A DNA stretch of 64,000 bases, taken from positions 960,001-1,024,000 of the forward strand of contig CAUVXB020000002.1 in NCBI GenBank assembly GCA_963555825.3. Reading direction: 5' to 3'. The notes beneath the pieces are model-generated. The model worked only from the letters and a program-made list of their open reading frames with translations, was not told where the DNA came from and did not search any database. How positions within the stretch are numbered: the stretch's first letter is position 1; each line of letters begins with the position of its first letter. The stretch comes from Alphaproteobacteria bacterium. GTDB taxonomy: Bacteria > Pseudomonadota > Alphaproteobacteria > JAAXGF01. Below are positions 51,457 through 60,634 of this stretch, in pieces. Made by a program: the position numbers and the translations under genes.

Positions 51457-53038
51457 CGAGGGTGTTGAAGAAGTTGTTCGATCGGTCGGGGTTGCTGTGA
51501 TTCCCTGCTTGTGATGATTTGAGCAGGGGATCGAAGCGATGATGGGCGAACCTGTTGGTCGACAAGACCGTCTATTCTATGCGTTCGATCTCGAGGCTAT
51601 GGTACCGGCCGATCATTTGTTGCGCCGGATCGATGCGGCTTTGGACCTGAGCTGGCTGCGCGGCGAGCTGAAGACCCATTACAGTCACCTGGGCTGCCCG
51701 TCGGTCTGTCCCGAGCTGATGGTCCGGATGCTGATTGTTGGCTACTGCCATTCGATCCGTTCGGAGCGGCGGCTGTGCCAGGAGGTGAAGGTGAACCTGG
51801 CGTACCGCTGGTTCTGCGGCTTAGGCTTGGAGGACAAGGTTCCCAACCATTCGACGTTTTCGGTGAACCGGCACGGCCGGTTCCGCGCGAGCGATCTGCT
51901 GCGCAAGGTCTTCGAGGATGTCGTGCGGCGCTGCATGACGGCGGGTCTGGTCGGTGGCGAGGGCTTTGCCGGGGACGCCTCGGTGATCGAGGCCAATGCC
52001 AGCCGTTATCAGCGCATCGAGGGCTCGGAGGTCGATTGGACGGCCGAGCAGCGAGCCAGTCGCCCGGTGAGTGAGTACCTGGCCGCGCTGGAGAGCGAGA
52101 ACCCGCCGACCGACCCCGTGCGCGAGCCCAAGGCGATGTCGCCGAGCGACCCCGCGGCGGCCTGGACGACGCGTGGGCGCGCCAAGGTGATGTTCGGCTA
52201 CAGCCTCAACTATCTGATCGACACCGGCCACGCCGTCATCGTCGATGTCGAGGCGACGCCGACGCGCATCTCGAAAGAAGTCGTGGCCACCGAGACGATG
52301 ATCGAGCGCACGCAAGAGCGCTTCGCGCTCAAGCCCGAGCGCCTGGCCGGCGATGTCGCCTATGGCACGGGCGAGATGCTCGGCTGGCTTCTCGACCATG
52401 ACATCGCGCCGCACATCCCGGTCTGGGACAAGAGCGAACGCGACGATGGCATCTTCTCACGGGCCGACTTCATCTACGACGAGGCGCGCGACCGCTACAT
52501 CTGTCCCGGCGGCAAGGCCTTGACGACCACCGGCAATCTCCACTCCGACAACACCTATCGCTATCGCGCCAGCAAGCGTGATTGCGACGCCTGCGCGCTG
52601 AAGCCGAGATGCTGTCCCGACACAGCGGCGCGCCGGGTCCCGCGCGAGGTGAACGAGGCGGCTCGTGACCACACCCGCGCCTTGATGGAGACCGAGGCTT
52701 ACGCGGCGTCGCGCACGGAACGTAAGAAGATCGAAAGGCTCTTCGGCGAGGCCAAGCACATTCTCTCGATGGTTCGCCTGCGATTGCGGGGCCTGACCGG
52801 CGCCCGCGACGAGTTCCTGCTGACCGCCACCGTCCAGAACCTGAGACGCCTCGTCAATCACACCACGAGACCGCCACCACGGCCCATGATGGCTTGATCC
52901 ATGCCGCAAAGCCTCATCCAACCAAGCCATAGGCGCAAAACCGCCTCGGCAGCGCGCCAAGGCGGAAACGAAAACATTTGCTGCTTCTATAAGCCGACAC
53001 CGGAACGCCGTTCCGATACGACTTCTTCAACACCCTCG
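51457..53038 (+). mobile_element. IS1182-family element
   Basis: Perfect IR CGAGGGTGTTGAAGAAGT / ACTTCTTCAACACCCTCG; inserted in a 24-nt array unit. Confidence 0.92.
51539..52897 (+). CDS. IS1182-family transposase
   Basis: VPADHLLR, SERRLC..NLAYRWFCG, PNHSTFS, GDVAYG, KIERLFG. Confidence 0.93.
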   Translation: MMGEPVGRQDRLFYAFDLEAMVPADHLLRRIDAALDLSWLRGELKTHYSHLGCPSVCPELMVRMLIVGYCHSIRSERRLCQEVKVNLAYRWFCGLGLEDKVPNHSTFSVNRHGRFRASDLLRKVFEDVVRRCMTAGLVGGEGFAGDASVIEANASRYQRIEGSEVDWTAEQRASRPVSEYLAALESENPPTDPVREPKAMSPSDPAAAWTTRGRAKVMFGYSLNYLIDTGHAVIVDVEATPTRISKEVVATETMIERTQERFALKPERLAGDVAYGTGEMLGWLLDHDIAPHIPVWDKSERDDGIFSRADFIYDEARDRYICPGGKALTTTGNLHSDNTYRYRASKRDCDACALKPRCCPDTAARRVPREVNEAARDHTRALMETEAYAASRTERKKIERLFGEAKHILSMVRLRLRGLTGARDEFLLTATVQNLRRLVNHTTRPPPRPMMA

Positions 53039-53042
53039 GCTA

Positions 53043-53290
53043 TGTGTGGACGGCCCCGGTTTGGCAAGGGTTGTTTTGACGGTGATGCAAGTTGGTCGGG
53101 TGCGGCTATGTGTTCGGCCTGTTTGCGCGATACGACGATCGCTGGCCCTAATGCGATCCGCGGATCGGGTCCCAACTAAACCCACGAGCTCAGTGGCTCC
53201 GTAGCCAAGACGGGTTTCTCCGATCCCCGGTGTTCGACCGGTCTTGCATTACCTCACGATCACCCTGCCAAAGGGTTTAAGGCGTCTGTC
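53043..53290 (-). ncRNA. putative bridge/seek RNA region of IS1111-type element (second copy 57033-57282)
   Basis: Long non-coding end containing short matches to the element termini (TATGTGT, TAATG) and to the insertion flank (TAGC); inferred from IS110/IS1111 biology. Confidence 0.6.
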
Positions 53291-54322
53291 TCAAGCGGCG
53301 GTGACTGCTGGCTGACGGTAGGTTCCACCGTTGGCGAGCAGCGCCCAGGCGGTTCGTGCGTTCTTGTTGGCCAGCGCCACGGCGGCGAGCTTGGTCGGTT
53401 TGCGCGCCATGAGATCGCCCAGCCAAGGGTTCTTCTCGAAGTTTGATCTTCGCCCGTGGCGTATCACCGTCATGGCGCCGGCGACGAGCAGCCACCGGAG
53501 GTAGTGGTCACCCGCCTTGGAGATGCGGCCGAGCCGCTGCTTGCCGCCGGTCGAGGTCTGTCTGGGCACCAGACCGATCCAAGCCGCCAGTTCACGCCCC
53601 GATCTGAACACCGAAGGGTCGGCGATCGAGGCCGCCAGCGCGCTCGCAGTGATTGGCCCGATGCCGGGTATGGTCGCCAGACGCTGGCTGACCTCGGTCG
53701 CTCGATGCCAGGCATGAATGCGCTGCTCGGTGGTGGTGATCTCACGCTCCAGCGATAACAACTGCCGCGCCAGTCCTTCCAGGCATGTTCGTGCCAATGG
53801 CGGGATGCGCTCATCGCCCTCATCAGCGATGACCGCGAGGAGTTCCTTCACCTGCGGCAGCCCGACCCGGGCGACGACCCCGAACTCCGCCATGTGCGCG
53901 CGGATCGCGTTGACCAGCATGGTCCGCTGCCGAACCAGGAGTTCGCGCGTCCGGTGGTCCATCAACACGCTCTGCTGCGCGGCCGTCTTGACCGCCACGA
54001 AACGCATCGATGGCCGCGTTACCGCTTCGCAGATCGCTTCGGCATCCGCCGCGTCGTTCTTGTTGCGCTTGACGTAGGGCTTCACGTAAGCCGCCGGCAT
54101 GATGCGCACCTCATGGCCAAGCGCCCCGAGTTCCCGCGCCCAATGGTGCGACGTCGCGCAGGCCTCGATACCGACCAGACAAGCCGGCTGCTTGCTGAAG
54201 AACGGCACAACCTGGCGGCGCCTCAGTTGCCGGCGGATCACGGTCTCGCCTGAGACATCGACCCCGTGAACCTGGAAAACGTTCTTCGCAAGATCAAGTC
54301 CGATCGTGTTAACCTCGGTCAT
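53291..54322 (-). CDS. IS110-family recombinase
   Basis: IGLDLAK, IEAC, KNDAADAEAI DEDD motifs; IPGIG, GLVPRQTSTGG. Confidence 0.95.
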   Translation of the reverse strand: MTEVNTIGLDLAKNVFQVHGVDVSGETVIRRQLRRRQVVPFFSKQPACLVGIEACATSHHWARELGALGHEVRIMPAAYVKPYVKRNKNDAADAEAICEAVTRPSMRFVAVKTAAQQSVLMDHRTRELLVRQRTMLVNAIRAHMAEFGVVARVGLPQVKELLAVIADEGDERIPPLARTCLEGLARQLLSLEREITTTEQRIHAWHRATEVSQRLATIPGIGPITASALAASIADPSVFRSGRELAAWIGLVPRQTSTGGKQRLGRISKAGDHYLRWLLVAGAMTVIRHGRRSNFEKNPWLGDLMARKPTKLAAVALANKNARTAWALLANGGTYRQPAVTAA

Positions 54323-54556
54323 AGGACGGCTCCTTTGTACGTGATCAGCCAACAGCTACCACTTCTGGCACCTAGATGCCGCGTGGGGCCGTCCACCCCA
54401 TTATGAGCAGACATTAGGCTCGCTGCGCTGCGACGTCTGCTTTCCGCTCGGAAGCGGACGTGCATGTCATGAAAATTGGAAGCCGCACGTATTAGGTCCG
54501 GTTACCGCCCGAAAGCGGACGTCGCGCACCTACGTCGCTAATGTCTGCTGCTGACC

Positions 54557-56238
54557 CAGCCTGTGTGAAAACGTCGATGGTGTTATGATTCTCTTGTGCT
54601 TTGGCGGGAGGGTCTGATGAAGCGTTTTGTGGAGGGTGTCGATCGCAGCCAGGGCACGTTGTTTCCCGAGCGCCTGGAAGACTGGATCGGCGAGGACACC
54701 CCGGTTCGGGCGATCGACGTCTTCGTCGATGAGCTCGATCTTGGGGGTCTCGGGTTCGACCGGGTCGCGCCGCTGGCGACCGGCAGGCCGGCCTATCATC
54801 CTTGCGATTTGTTGAAGCTCTACATCTACGGCTATCTCAACCGGGTTCAGTCGAGCCGTCGGCTCGAGAGGGAGGCCGGGCGCAATGTGGAAGTGATGTG
54901 GCTGGTCGGCCGGCTGGCGCCGGATCACAAGACGATCGCCGACTTCCGCAAGGACAACGGCTGCGATCCGCAAGGTCTGCGCCCGGTTCGTCGCCCTGTG
55001 CCGGCAACTGGGGCTGTTCGCCGAGGCGAGCGTGGCGATCGATGGCGCCAAGTTCAAGGCGGTCAACAGCCGGGACAGGAACTTCACGCGGGCCAAGATG
55101 GCGCGGCGGGTGGCGCAGATCGAGGAGAGCGTTGCACGCTATCTGCAGCAACTCGACAGCGCCGACCGGCAAGAGCCGTCGCTGGCGCGCACGACCAAGA
55201 CGACTCGTCTGGCCGACAAGATTGCGATCCTCAAGGAGGAGATGCGGCGCCTGAAGGCGCTTGAAGTCGAGAGGCGTGCGAGCCCGGACCAGCAGAGCTC
55301 TCTGAGCGATCCCGATGCCCGCTCGATGGCGACGAGCGGCCGGGGTTCCGGCGTGGTGGGCTACAACGTTCAGGCCGCCGTCGACACCAAGCATCACCTG
55401 ATCGTTGCCCACGAGGTGACCAATCAGGGCACCGACCGCGCCCAGCTCTCAGCCATGGCGAAGCGGACCAAGGCGGCTCTGGAGACCGACGAGTTGGATG
55501 TCGTTGCCGATCGCGGCTACTACAACGGCAAGGAGATTCTGGCCTGCGATGAGGCCGGCATCACCGTCACGTTGCCTAAGCCGCTGACCTCGGGAGCCAA
55601 GGCCAAGGGCCGCTTCGGCAAACAGGACTTCGTCTATCTGGCCGCCGACGATGTCTATCGCTGCCCGGCCGGCGAGCGTTTGGTCTACCGCTTCACCAGC
55701 CAGGAGAGTGGGCTGAGCATGCGGCGCTACTGGACCAACGCCTGTCAGGGATGCGCCATCAAGCATCGCTGCACCACGGCCAAGCAGCGCCGCATCACCC
55801 GTTGGCAGCACGAACACATTCTCGAGGCCGTCGAGAGGCGGCTCGACGAGCACCCGGAGGCGATGCGTCGGCGGCGCGAGACGGCCGAGCAACCCTTCGG
55901 CACCCTCAAGGCCTGGATGGGCGCGACGCACTTCCAGATGAAGACGCTGAAGCGGGTGAGGACCGAGATGGCCTTGCACGTGCTGGCCTACAATCTCAAG
56001 CGCGTCATGAACATCATGGGCATCGACCCGCTGATCGCGGCGATCAGGACGGCATAGCGCCCCTGCGCCGACAATTACGCCCATACCCGGCCACATCGCG
56101 GCTCACAACGGCGCCAGCCGGCCGAAAAGCCCGCACGAGCGGCGAAAATCCATAATCCCGGAAAACACGTCCCGACTGATCATCCAAACCCAAAGACGCG
56201 CCACACAGAAATAGCAGCAAACGTTCTCACACAAACTG
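54557..56238 (+). mobile_element. IS1182-family element (frameshifted copy)
   Basis: IR CAGCCTGTGTGAAAAC / GTTCTCACACAAACTG; TSD GACC. Confidence 0.9.
54617..56057 (+). pseudogene. IS1182 transposase, frameshifted near 54960
   Basis: AACGGCTGCG versus AACGGCCGTGCG in the intact copy at 58609 (2-bp deletion). Confidence 0.9.
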
Positions 56239-56374
56239 GACCCAAAGCGGACCTCTTCTTTCTCCAATTGGAGTGACTGCTTTTGACCCCGACGAGATGT
56301 ATCTGGTCCTGGCGGCTTTTCACGGGATCTAGACATTTATACAAGAGAAACTGGTCCGGTGCTATGATGGGCCC

Positions 56375-56995
56375 ATGTCACAGATCGAATCTCTTTTCGT
56401 CACCCGTCTCTACCGCTCTGCCCTGTCCGAGTTCTGCAAGGCGCCGGATGCGGCCGAGCTTGAAACCTCCTGCCTGTCGATTGCCGATGATGATAAGGCC
56501 GGGCAGGTATGGTGCGAGGAACATGATTATCCGGGTTATACCAGCTATGCCTCGCTGGACGATCTGGCTTGGCGGTTTCCGATCTTCAAGGATCTGGTCC
56601 CGGTGCTCGATAAACATGTCGCGACCTTTGTCAAGGACTTGCAATTCGATCTGGACGGCAAGAAGGTCAGGCTGAATAGTCTGTGGATCAACATCTTGCC
56701 CGAAGGCGGCGTGCATACGTCGCATTTGCATCCCCATAGCGTGATCAGCGGCACCGCCTATGTCACGGTGCCGAACGGCGCAAGTGCCATCAAGTTCGAA
56801 GACCCGCGGTCGGCAATGATGATGGCGGCACCGGAGCGCGAGGTCGAAGCACGGAACGAACTGCGCAAGTTCATCTATGTCGTGCCCCAGGCAGGCGAGG
56901 TTTTGCTTTGGGAAAGCTGGCTACGCCACGAAGTTCCTCAGAACAAGGCCGATGAGGAACGCATCAGCATCAGTTTCAATTATGGCTGGGAGTGA
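56375..56995 (+). CDS. TIGR02466-like putative 2OG-Fe(II) oxygenase
   Basis: YPGYTSYASL, WINIL, HLHPHSVISGTAY, FEDPR, WESWLRHEV, RISISFNY. Confidence 0.88.
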   Translation: MSQIESLFVTRLYRSALSEFCKAPDAAELETSCLSIADDDKAGQVWCEEHDYPGYTSYASLDDLAWRFPIFKDLVPVLDKHVATFVKDLQFDLDGKKVRLNSLWINILPEGGVHTSHLHPHSVISGTAYVTVPNGASAIKFEDPRSAMMMAAPEREVEARNELRKFIYVVPQAGEVLLWESWLRHEVPQNKADEERISISFNYGWE

Positions 56996-57032
56996 CGTGC
57001 CCGTGGAGGGTTGTCCCGTCCACACATGGCTA

Positions 57033-58395
57033 TGTGTGGACGGCCCCGATTTGGCAAGGGTTGTTTTGACGGTCATGCAAGTTGGTCGGGTGCGGCTATG
57101 TGTCCGGCCTGTTGATGCGGTGCTCTTGACCGCTGGCCCTAATGCGATCCGCGGGATCGGGTCCCAACTAAACCCACGAGCTCAGTGGCTCCGTAGCCAA
57201 GACGGGTTTCTCCGATCCCCGGTGTTCGACCGGTCTTGCATTACCTCACGATCACCCTGCCAAAGGGTTTAAGGCGTCTGTCTCAAGCGGCGGTGACTGC
57301 TGGCTGACGGTAGGTTCCACCGTTGGCGAGCAGCGCCCAGGCGGTTCGTGCGTTCTTGTTGGCCAGCGCCACGGCGGCGAGCTTGGTCGGTTTGCGCGCC
57401 ATGAGATCGCCCAGCCAAGGGTTCTTCTCGAAGTTTGATCTTCGCCCGTGGCGTATCACCGTCATGGCGCCGGCGACGAGCAGCCACCGGAGGTAGTGGT
57501 CACCCGCCTTGGAGATGCGGCCGAGCCGCTGCTTGCCGCCGGTCGAGGTCTGTCTGGGCACCAGACCGATCCAAGCCGCCAGTTCACGCCCCGATCTGAA
57601 CACCGAAGGGTCGGCGATCGAGGCCGCCAGCGCGCTCGCAGTGATTGGCCCGATGCCGGGTATGGTCGCCAGACGCTGGCTGACCTCGGTCGCTCGATGC
57701 CAGGCATGAATGCGCTGCTCGGTGGTGGTGATCTCACGCTCCAGCGACAGCAACTGCCGCGCCAGTCCTTCCAGGCATGTTCGTGCCAATGGCGGGATGC
57801 GCTCATCGCCCTCATCAGCGATGACCGCGAGGAGTTCCTTCACCTGCGGCAGCCCGACCCGGGCGACGACCCCGAACTCCGCCATGTGCGCGCGGATCGC
57901 GTTGACCAGCATGGTCCGCTGCCGAACCAGGAGTTCGCGCGTCCGGTGGTCCATCAACACGCTCTGCTGCGCGGCCGTCTTGACCGCCACGAAACGCATC
58001 GATGGCCGCGTTACCGCTTCGCAGATCGCTTCGGCATCCGCCGCGTCGTTCTTGTTGCGCTTGACGTAGGGCTTCACGTAAGCCGCCGGCATGATGCGCA
58101 CCTCATGGCCAAGCGCCCCGAGTTCCCGCGCCCAATGGTGCGACGTCGCGCAGGCCTCGATACCGACCAGACAAGCCGGCTGCTTGCTGAAGAACGGCAC
58201 AACCTGGCGGCGCCTCAGTTGCCGGCGGATCACGGTCTCGCCTGAGACATCGACCCCGTGAACCTGGAAAACGTTCTTCGCAAGATCAAGTCCGATCGTG
58301 TTAACCTCGGTCATAGGACGGCTCCTTTGTACGTGATCAGCCAACAGCTACCACTTCTGGCACCTAGATGCCGCGTGGGGCCGTCCACCCCATTA
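57033..58395 (-). mobile_element. IS110-family (IS1111-type) element, copy 2
   Basis: Same ends and identical protein as copy 1; non-coding end locally diverged. Confidence 0.9.
57283..58314 (-). CDS. IS110-family recombinase
   Basis: Translation identical to 53291..54322. Confidence 0.95.
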   Translation of the reverse strand: MTEVNTIGLDLAKNVFQVHGVDVSGETVIRRQLRRRQVVPFFSKQPACLVGIEACATSHHWARELGALGHEVRIMPAAYVKPYVKRNKNDAADAEAICEAVTRPSMRFVAVKTAAQQSVLMDHRTRELLVRQRTMLVNAIRAHMAEFGVVARVGLPQVKELLAVIADEGDERIPPLARTCLEGLARQLLSLEREITTTEQRIHAWHRATEVSQRLATIPGIGPITASALAASIADPSVFRSGRELAAWIGLVPRQTSTGGKQRLGRISKAGDHYLRWLLVAGAMTVIRHGRRSNFEKNPWLGDLMARKPTKLAAVALANKNARTAWALLANGGTYRQPAVTAA

Positions 58396-58548
58396 ATCCC
58401 GGAAATTAGAAAGGGCGGGCCGCAACGTCCGCTTTCCGCTCGTTAGCAGACCCTCGCGCCGAGGAATTCAGAAATCCGGCAGTCAATGTCTGGTTCGCGC
58501 GACAAAGCAGACGTTGGAGGCGACACCGTCTAACGTCTGCTGGTGACC

Positions 58549-60232
58549 CAGACTGTGTAAAAACGTCGATGGTGTTATGATTCTCTCGTGCTTTGGCGGG
58601 AGGGTCTGATGAAGCGTTTTGTCGAGGGTGTCGATCGCAGCCAGGGCACGTTGTTTCCGGAGCGCCTGGAAGACTGGATCGGCGACGACAACCCGGTTCG
58701 GGCGATCGACGTCTTCGTCGATGAGCTCGATCTTGGCGGCCTCGGGTTCGACCGGGTCGAGCCGCTGGCGACCGGCAGGCCGGCCTATCATCCTTGCGAT
58801 TTGTTGAAGCTCTACATCTACGGCTATCTCAACCGGGTTCAGTCGAGCCGTCGGCTCGAGAGGGAGGCCGGGCGCAATGTGGAAGTGATGTGGCTGGTCG
58901 GCCGGCTGGCGCCGGATCACAAGACGATCGCCGACTTCCGCAAGGACAACGGCCGTGCGATCCGCAAGGTCTGCGCCCGGTTCGTCGCGCTGTGCCGGCA
59001 ACTCGGGCTGTTCGCCGAGGCGAGCGTGGCGATCGATGGCTCGAAGTTCAAGGCGGTCAACAGCCGGGACAGGAACTTCACGCGGGCCAAGATGGCGCGG
59101 CGGGTGGCGCAGATCGAGGAGAGCGTTGCGCGCTATCTGGACCAGTTGGACAGCGCCGACCGGCAAGAGCCGTCGCTGGCGCGCACGACCAAGACGACTC
59201 GTCTGGCCGACAAGATCGCGATCCTCAAGGAGGAGATGCGGCGCCTGAAGGCGCTTGAAGTCGAGCGGCGTGCGAGCCCGGACCAGCAGATCTCTCTGAG
59301 CGATCCCGATGCCCGCTCGATGGCGACGAGCGGCCGGGGTTCCGGCGTGGTCGGCTACAACGTTCAGGCCGCCGTCGACACCAAGCACCACCTGATCGTC
59401 GCCCACGAGGTGACCAATCAGGGCACCGACCGCGCCCAGCTCTCAGCCATGGCGAAGCGGACCAAGGCGGCTCTGGAGACCGACGAGTTGGATGTCGTTG
59501 CCGATCGCGGCTACTACAACGGTAAGGAGATTCTGGCCTGCGATGAGGCCGGCATCACCGTCACATTGCCTAAGCCGCTGACCTCTGGAGCCAAGGCCAA
59601 GGGCCGCTTCGGCAAACAGGACTTCGTCTATCTGGCCGCCGACGATGTCTATCGCTGCCCGGCCGGCGAGCGTTTGGTCTACCGCTTCACCAGCCAGGAG
59701 AGGGGGCTGAGCATGCGGCGCTACTGGACCAACGCCTGTCAGGGATGCGCCATCAAGCATCGCTGCACCACGGCCAAGCAGCGCCGCATCACCCGCTGGC
59801 AGCACGAGCATGTTCTCGAGGCCGTCGAGAGGCGGCTCGACGAGCACCCGGAGGCGATGCGTCGGCGGCGCGAGACGGCCGAGCATCCCTTCGGCACCAT
59901 CAAGTCCTGGATGGGCGCGACGCATTTCCAGACGAAGACGCTGAAACGGGTGAGGACCGAGATGGCCCTGCACGTGCTGGCCTACAATCTCAAGCGCGTC
60001 ATGAACATCACGGGCATCGACCCGCTGATCGCGGCGATGAGGACCGCATAGGCCTCTCTGCGCCGCAAATTGCGCCCATATCCGGCCAAATCGCAGCTCA
60101 CACCGGCGCCAGCCGGCCGACAGGTCCGCACGAGTGGCGAAAATCCTTAATCCCGGAATACCCGCCGCGACGGATCATCGAAGCCAAAGACGCGCCGTAC
60201 AGATCACGCAGCAAACGTTCTTACACAGTCTG
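58549..60232 (+). mobile_element. IS1182-family element (intact copy)
   Basis: IR CAGACTGTGTAAAAAC / GTTCTTACACAGTCTG; TSD GACC. Confidence 0.92.
58609..60051 (+). CDS. IS1182-family transposase
   Basis: GRPAYHP, SSRRLERE, PDHKTIADFR, IDGSK, ADRGY, EHPFGTIK. Confidence 0.94.
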   Translation: MKRFVEGVDRSQGTLFPERLEDWIGDDNPVRAIDVFVDELDLGGLGFDRVEPLATGRPAYHPCDLLKLYIYGYLNRVQSSRRLEREAGRNVEVMWLVGRLAPDHKTIADFRKDNGRAIRKVCARFVALCRQLGLFAEASVAIDGSKFKAVNSRDRNFTRAKMARRVAQIEESVARYLDQLDSADRQEPSLARTTKTTRLADKIAILKEEMRRLKALEVERRASPDQQISLSDPDARSMATSGRGSGVVGYNVQAAVDTKHHLIVAHEVTNQGTDRAQLSAMAKRTKAALETDELDVVADRGYYNGKEILACDEAGITVTLPKPLTSGAKAKGRFGKQDFVYLAADDVYRCPAGERLVYRFTSQERGLSMRRYWTNACQGCAIKHRCTTAKQRRITRWQHEHVLEAVERRLDEHPEAMRRRRETAEHPFGTIKSWMGATHFQTKTLKRVRTEMALHVLAYNLKRVMNITGIDPLIAAMRTA

Positions 60233-60261
60233 GACCCGAAGTCGACCTTGAGCAGGTCAAT

Positions 60262-60585
60262 TCAAACGCTTTGCATGGCGTTCACAATCGCCCTTGTCAG
60301 TGTCAGAAAGCGGCAGCAGACGTCGCCCTCAGGGTCCAGCCGCAAGACATCGGCCTTGAAAGCTTCTTGTTTGAGGCCGCCCCAAGCAACGACAGTGCCC
60401 TCGAGTGTTTCACCCGGGCGCACAGGGCGATGGAAGCCGCTGATCTGAAATCCGCCAATCGACCAGTCGGTGGTCTTGTAATTGTGATCCTCGAAGCGAA
60501 GTGTCAGCCGCGGCATCACGTGACGTGAATGTTGACGCTGCTCGCGCCCGCCGGGGAACTTTGGATTGCTCTTCTCCCGCCCCAT
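60262..60585 (-). CDS. stand-alone PilZ-domain protein
   Basis: EQRQHSR (RxxxR) and DWSIGG (DxSxxG) c-di-GMP motifs; AGAGG RBS. Confidence 0.8.
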   Translation of the reverse strand: MGREKSNPKFPGGREQRQHSRHVMPRLTLRFEDHNYKTTDWSIGGFQISGFHRPVRPGETLEGTVVAWGGLKQEAFKADVLRLDPEGDVCCRFLTLTRAIVNAMQSV

Positions 60586-60634
60586 CCCCAACTGCCTCTT
60601 TGCGGCTCATGTTGACCGAGAATCCTCAGATGAC

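Larger units (their letters stand above)
53043..54403 (-). mobile_element. IS110-family (IS1111-type) element, copy 1
   Basis: Subterminal IR GTGGACGGCCCC / GGGGCCGTCCAC; about 250-nt non-coding region 3' of the ORF; no TSD. Confidence 0.9.
51336..60246. repeat. IS-interrupted array of 24/25-nt GTC...GAC palindromic units with 22- and 36-nt unique spacers
   Basis: Eleven units starting at 51336, 51397, 51444, 54435, 54496, 54543, 56275, 57018, 58427, 58488, 58535; spacers counted by hand. Confidence 0.85.

Noticed and set aside
56996-57042. Hairpin CGTCCACACAT/ATGTGTGGACG as the end of a third IS110
   Set aside because: No associated ORF; it fits a 24-nt array unit with correct 22-nt spacing better, although an IS-end remnant is not fully excluded.
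51336-60246. CRISPR array
   Set aside because: Units are too divergent from each other, alternate between two lengths with two spacer sizes, and no cas genes or leader are present in the window.
51336-60246. Integron attC cassette array
   Set aside because: Some spacers end in CTAAC, but there is no consistent RYYYAAC...GTTRRRY architecture of attC size and no IntI gene.
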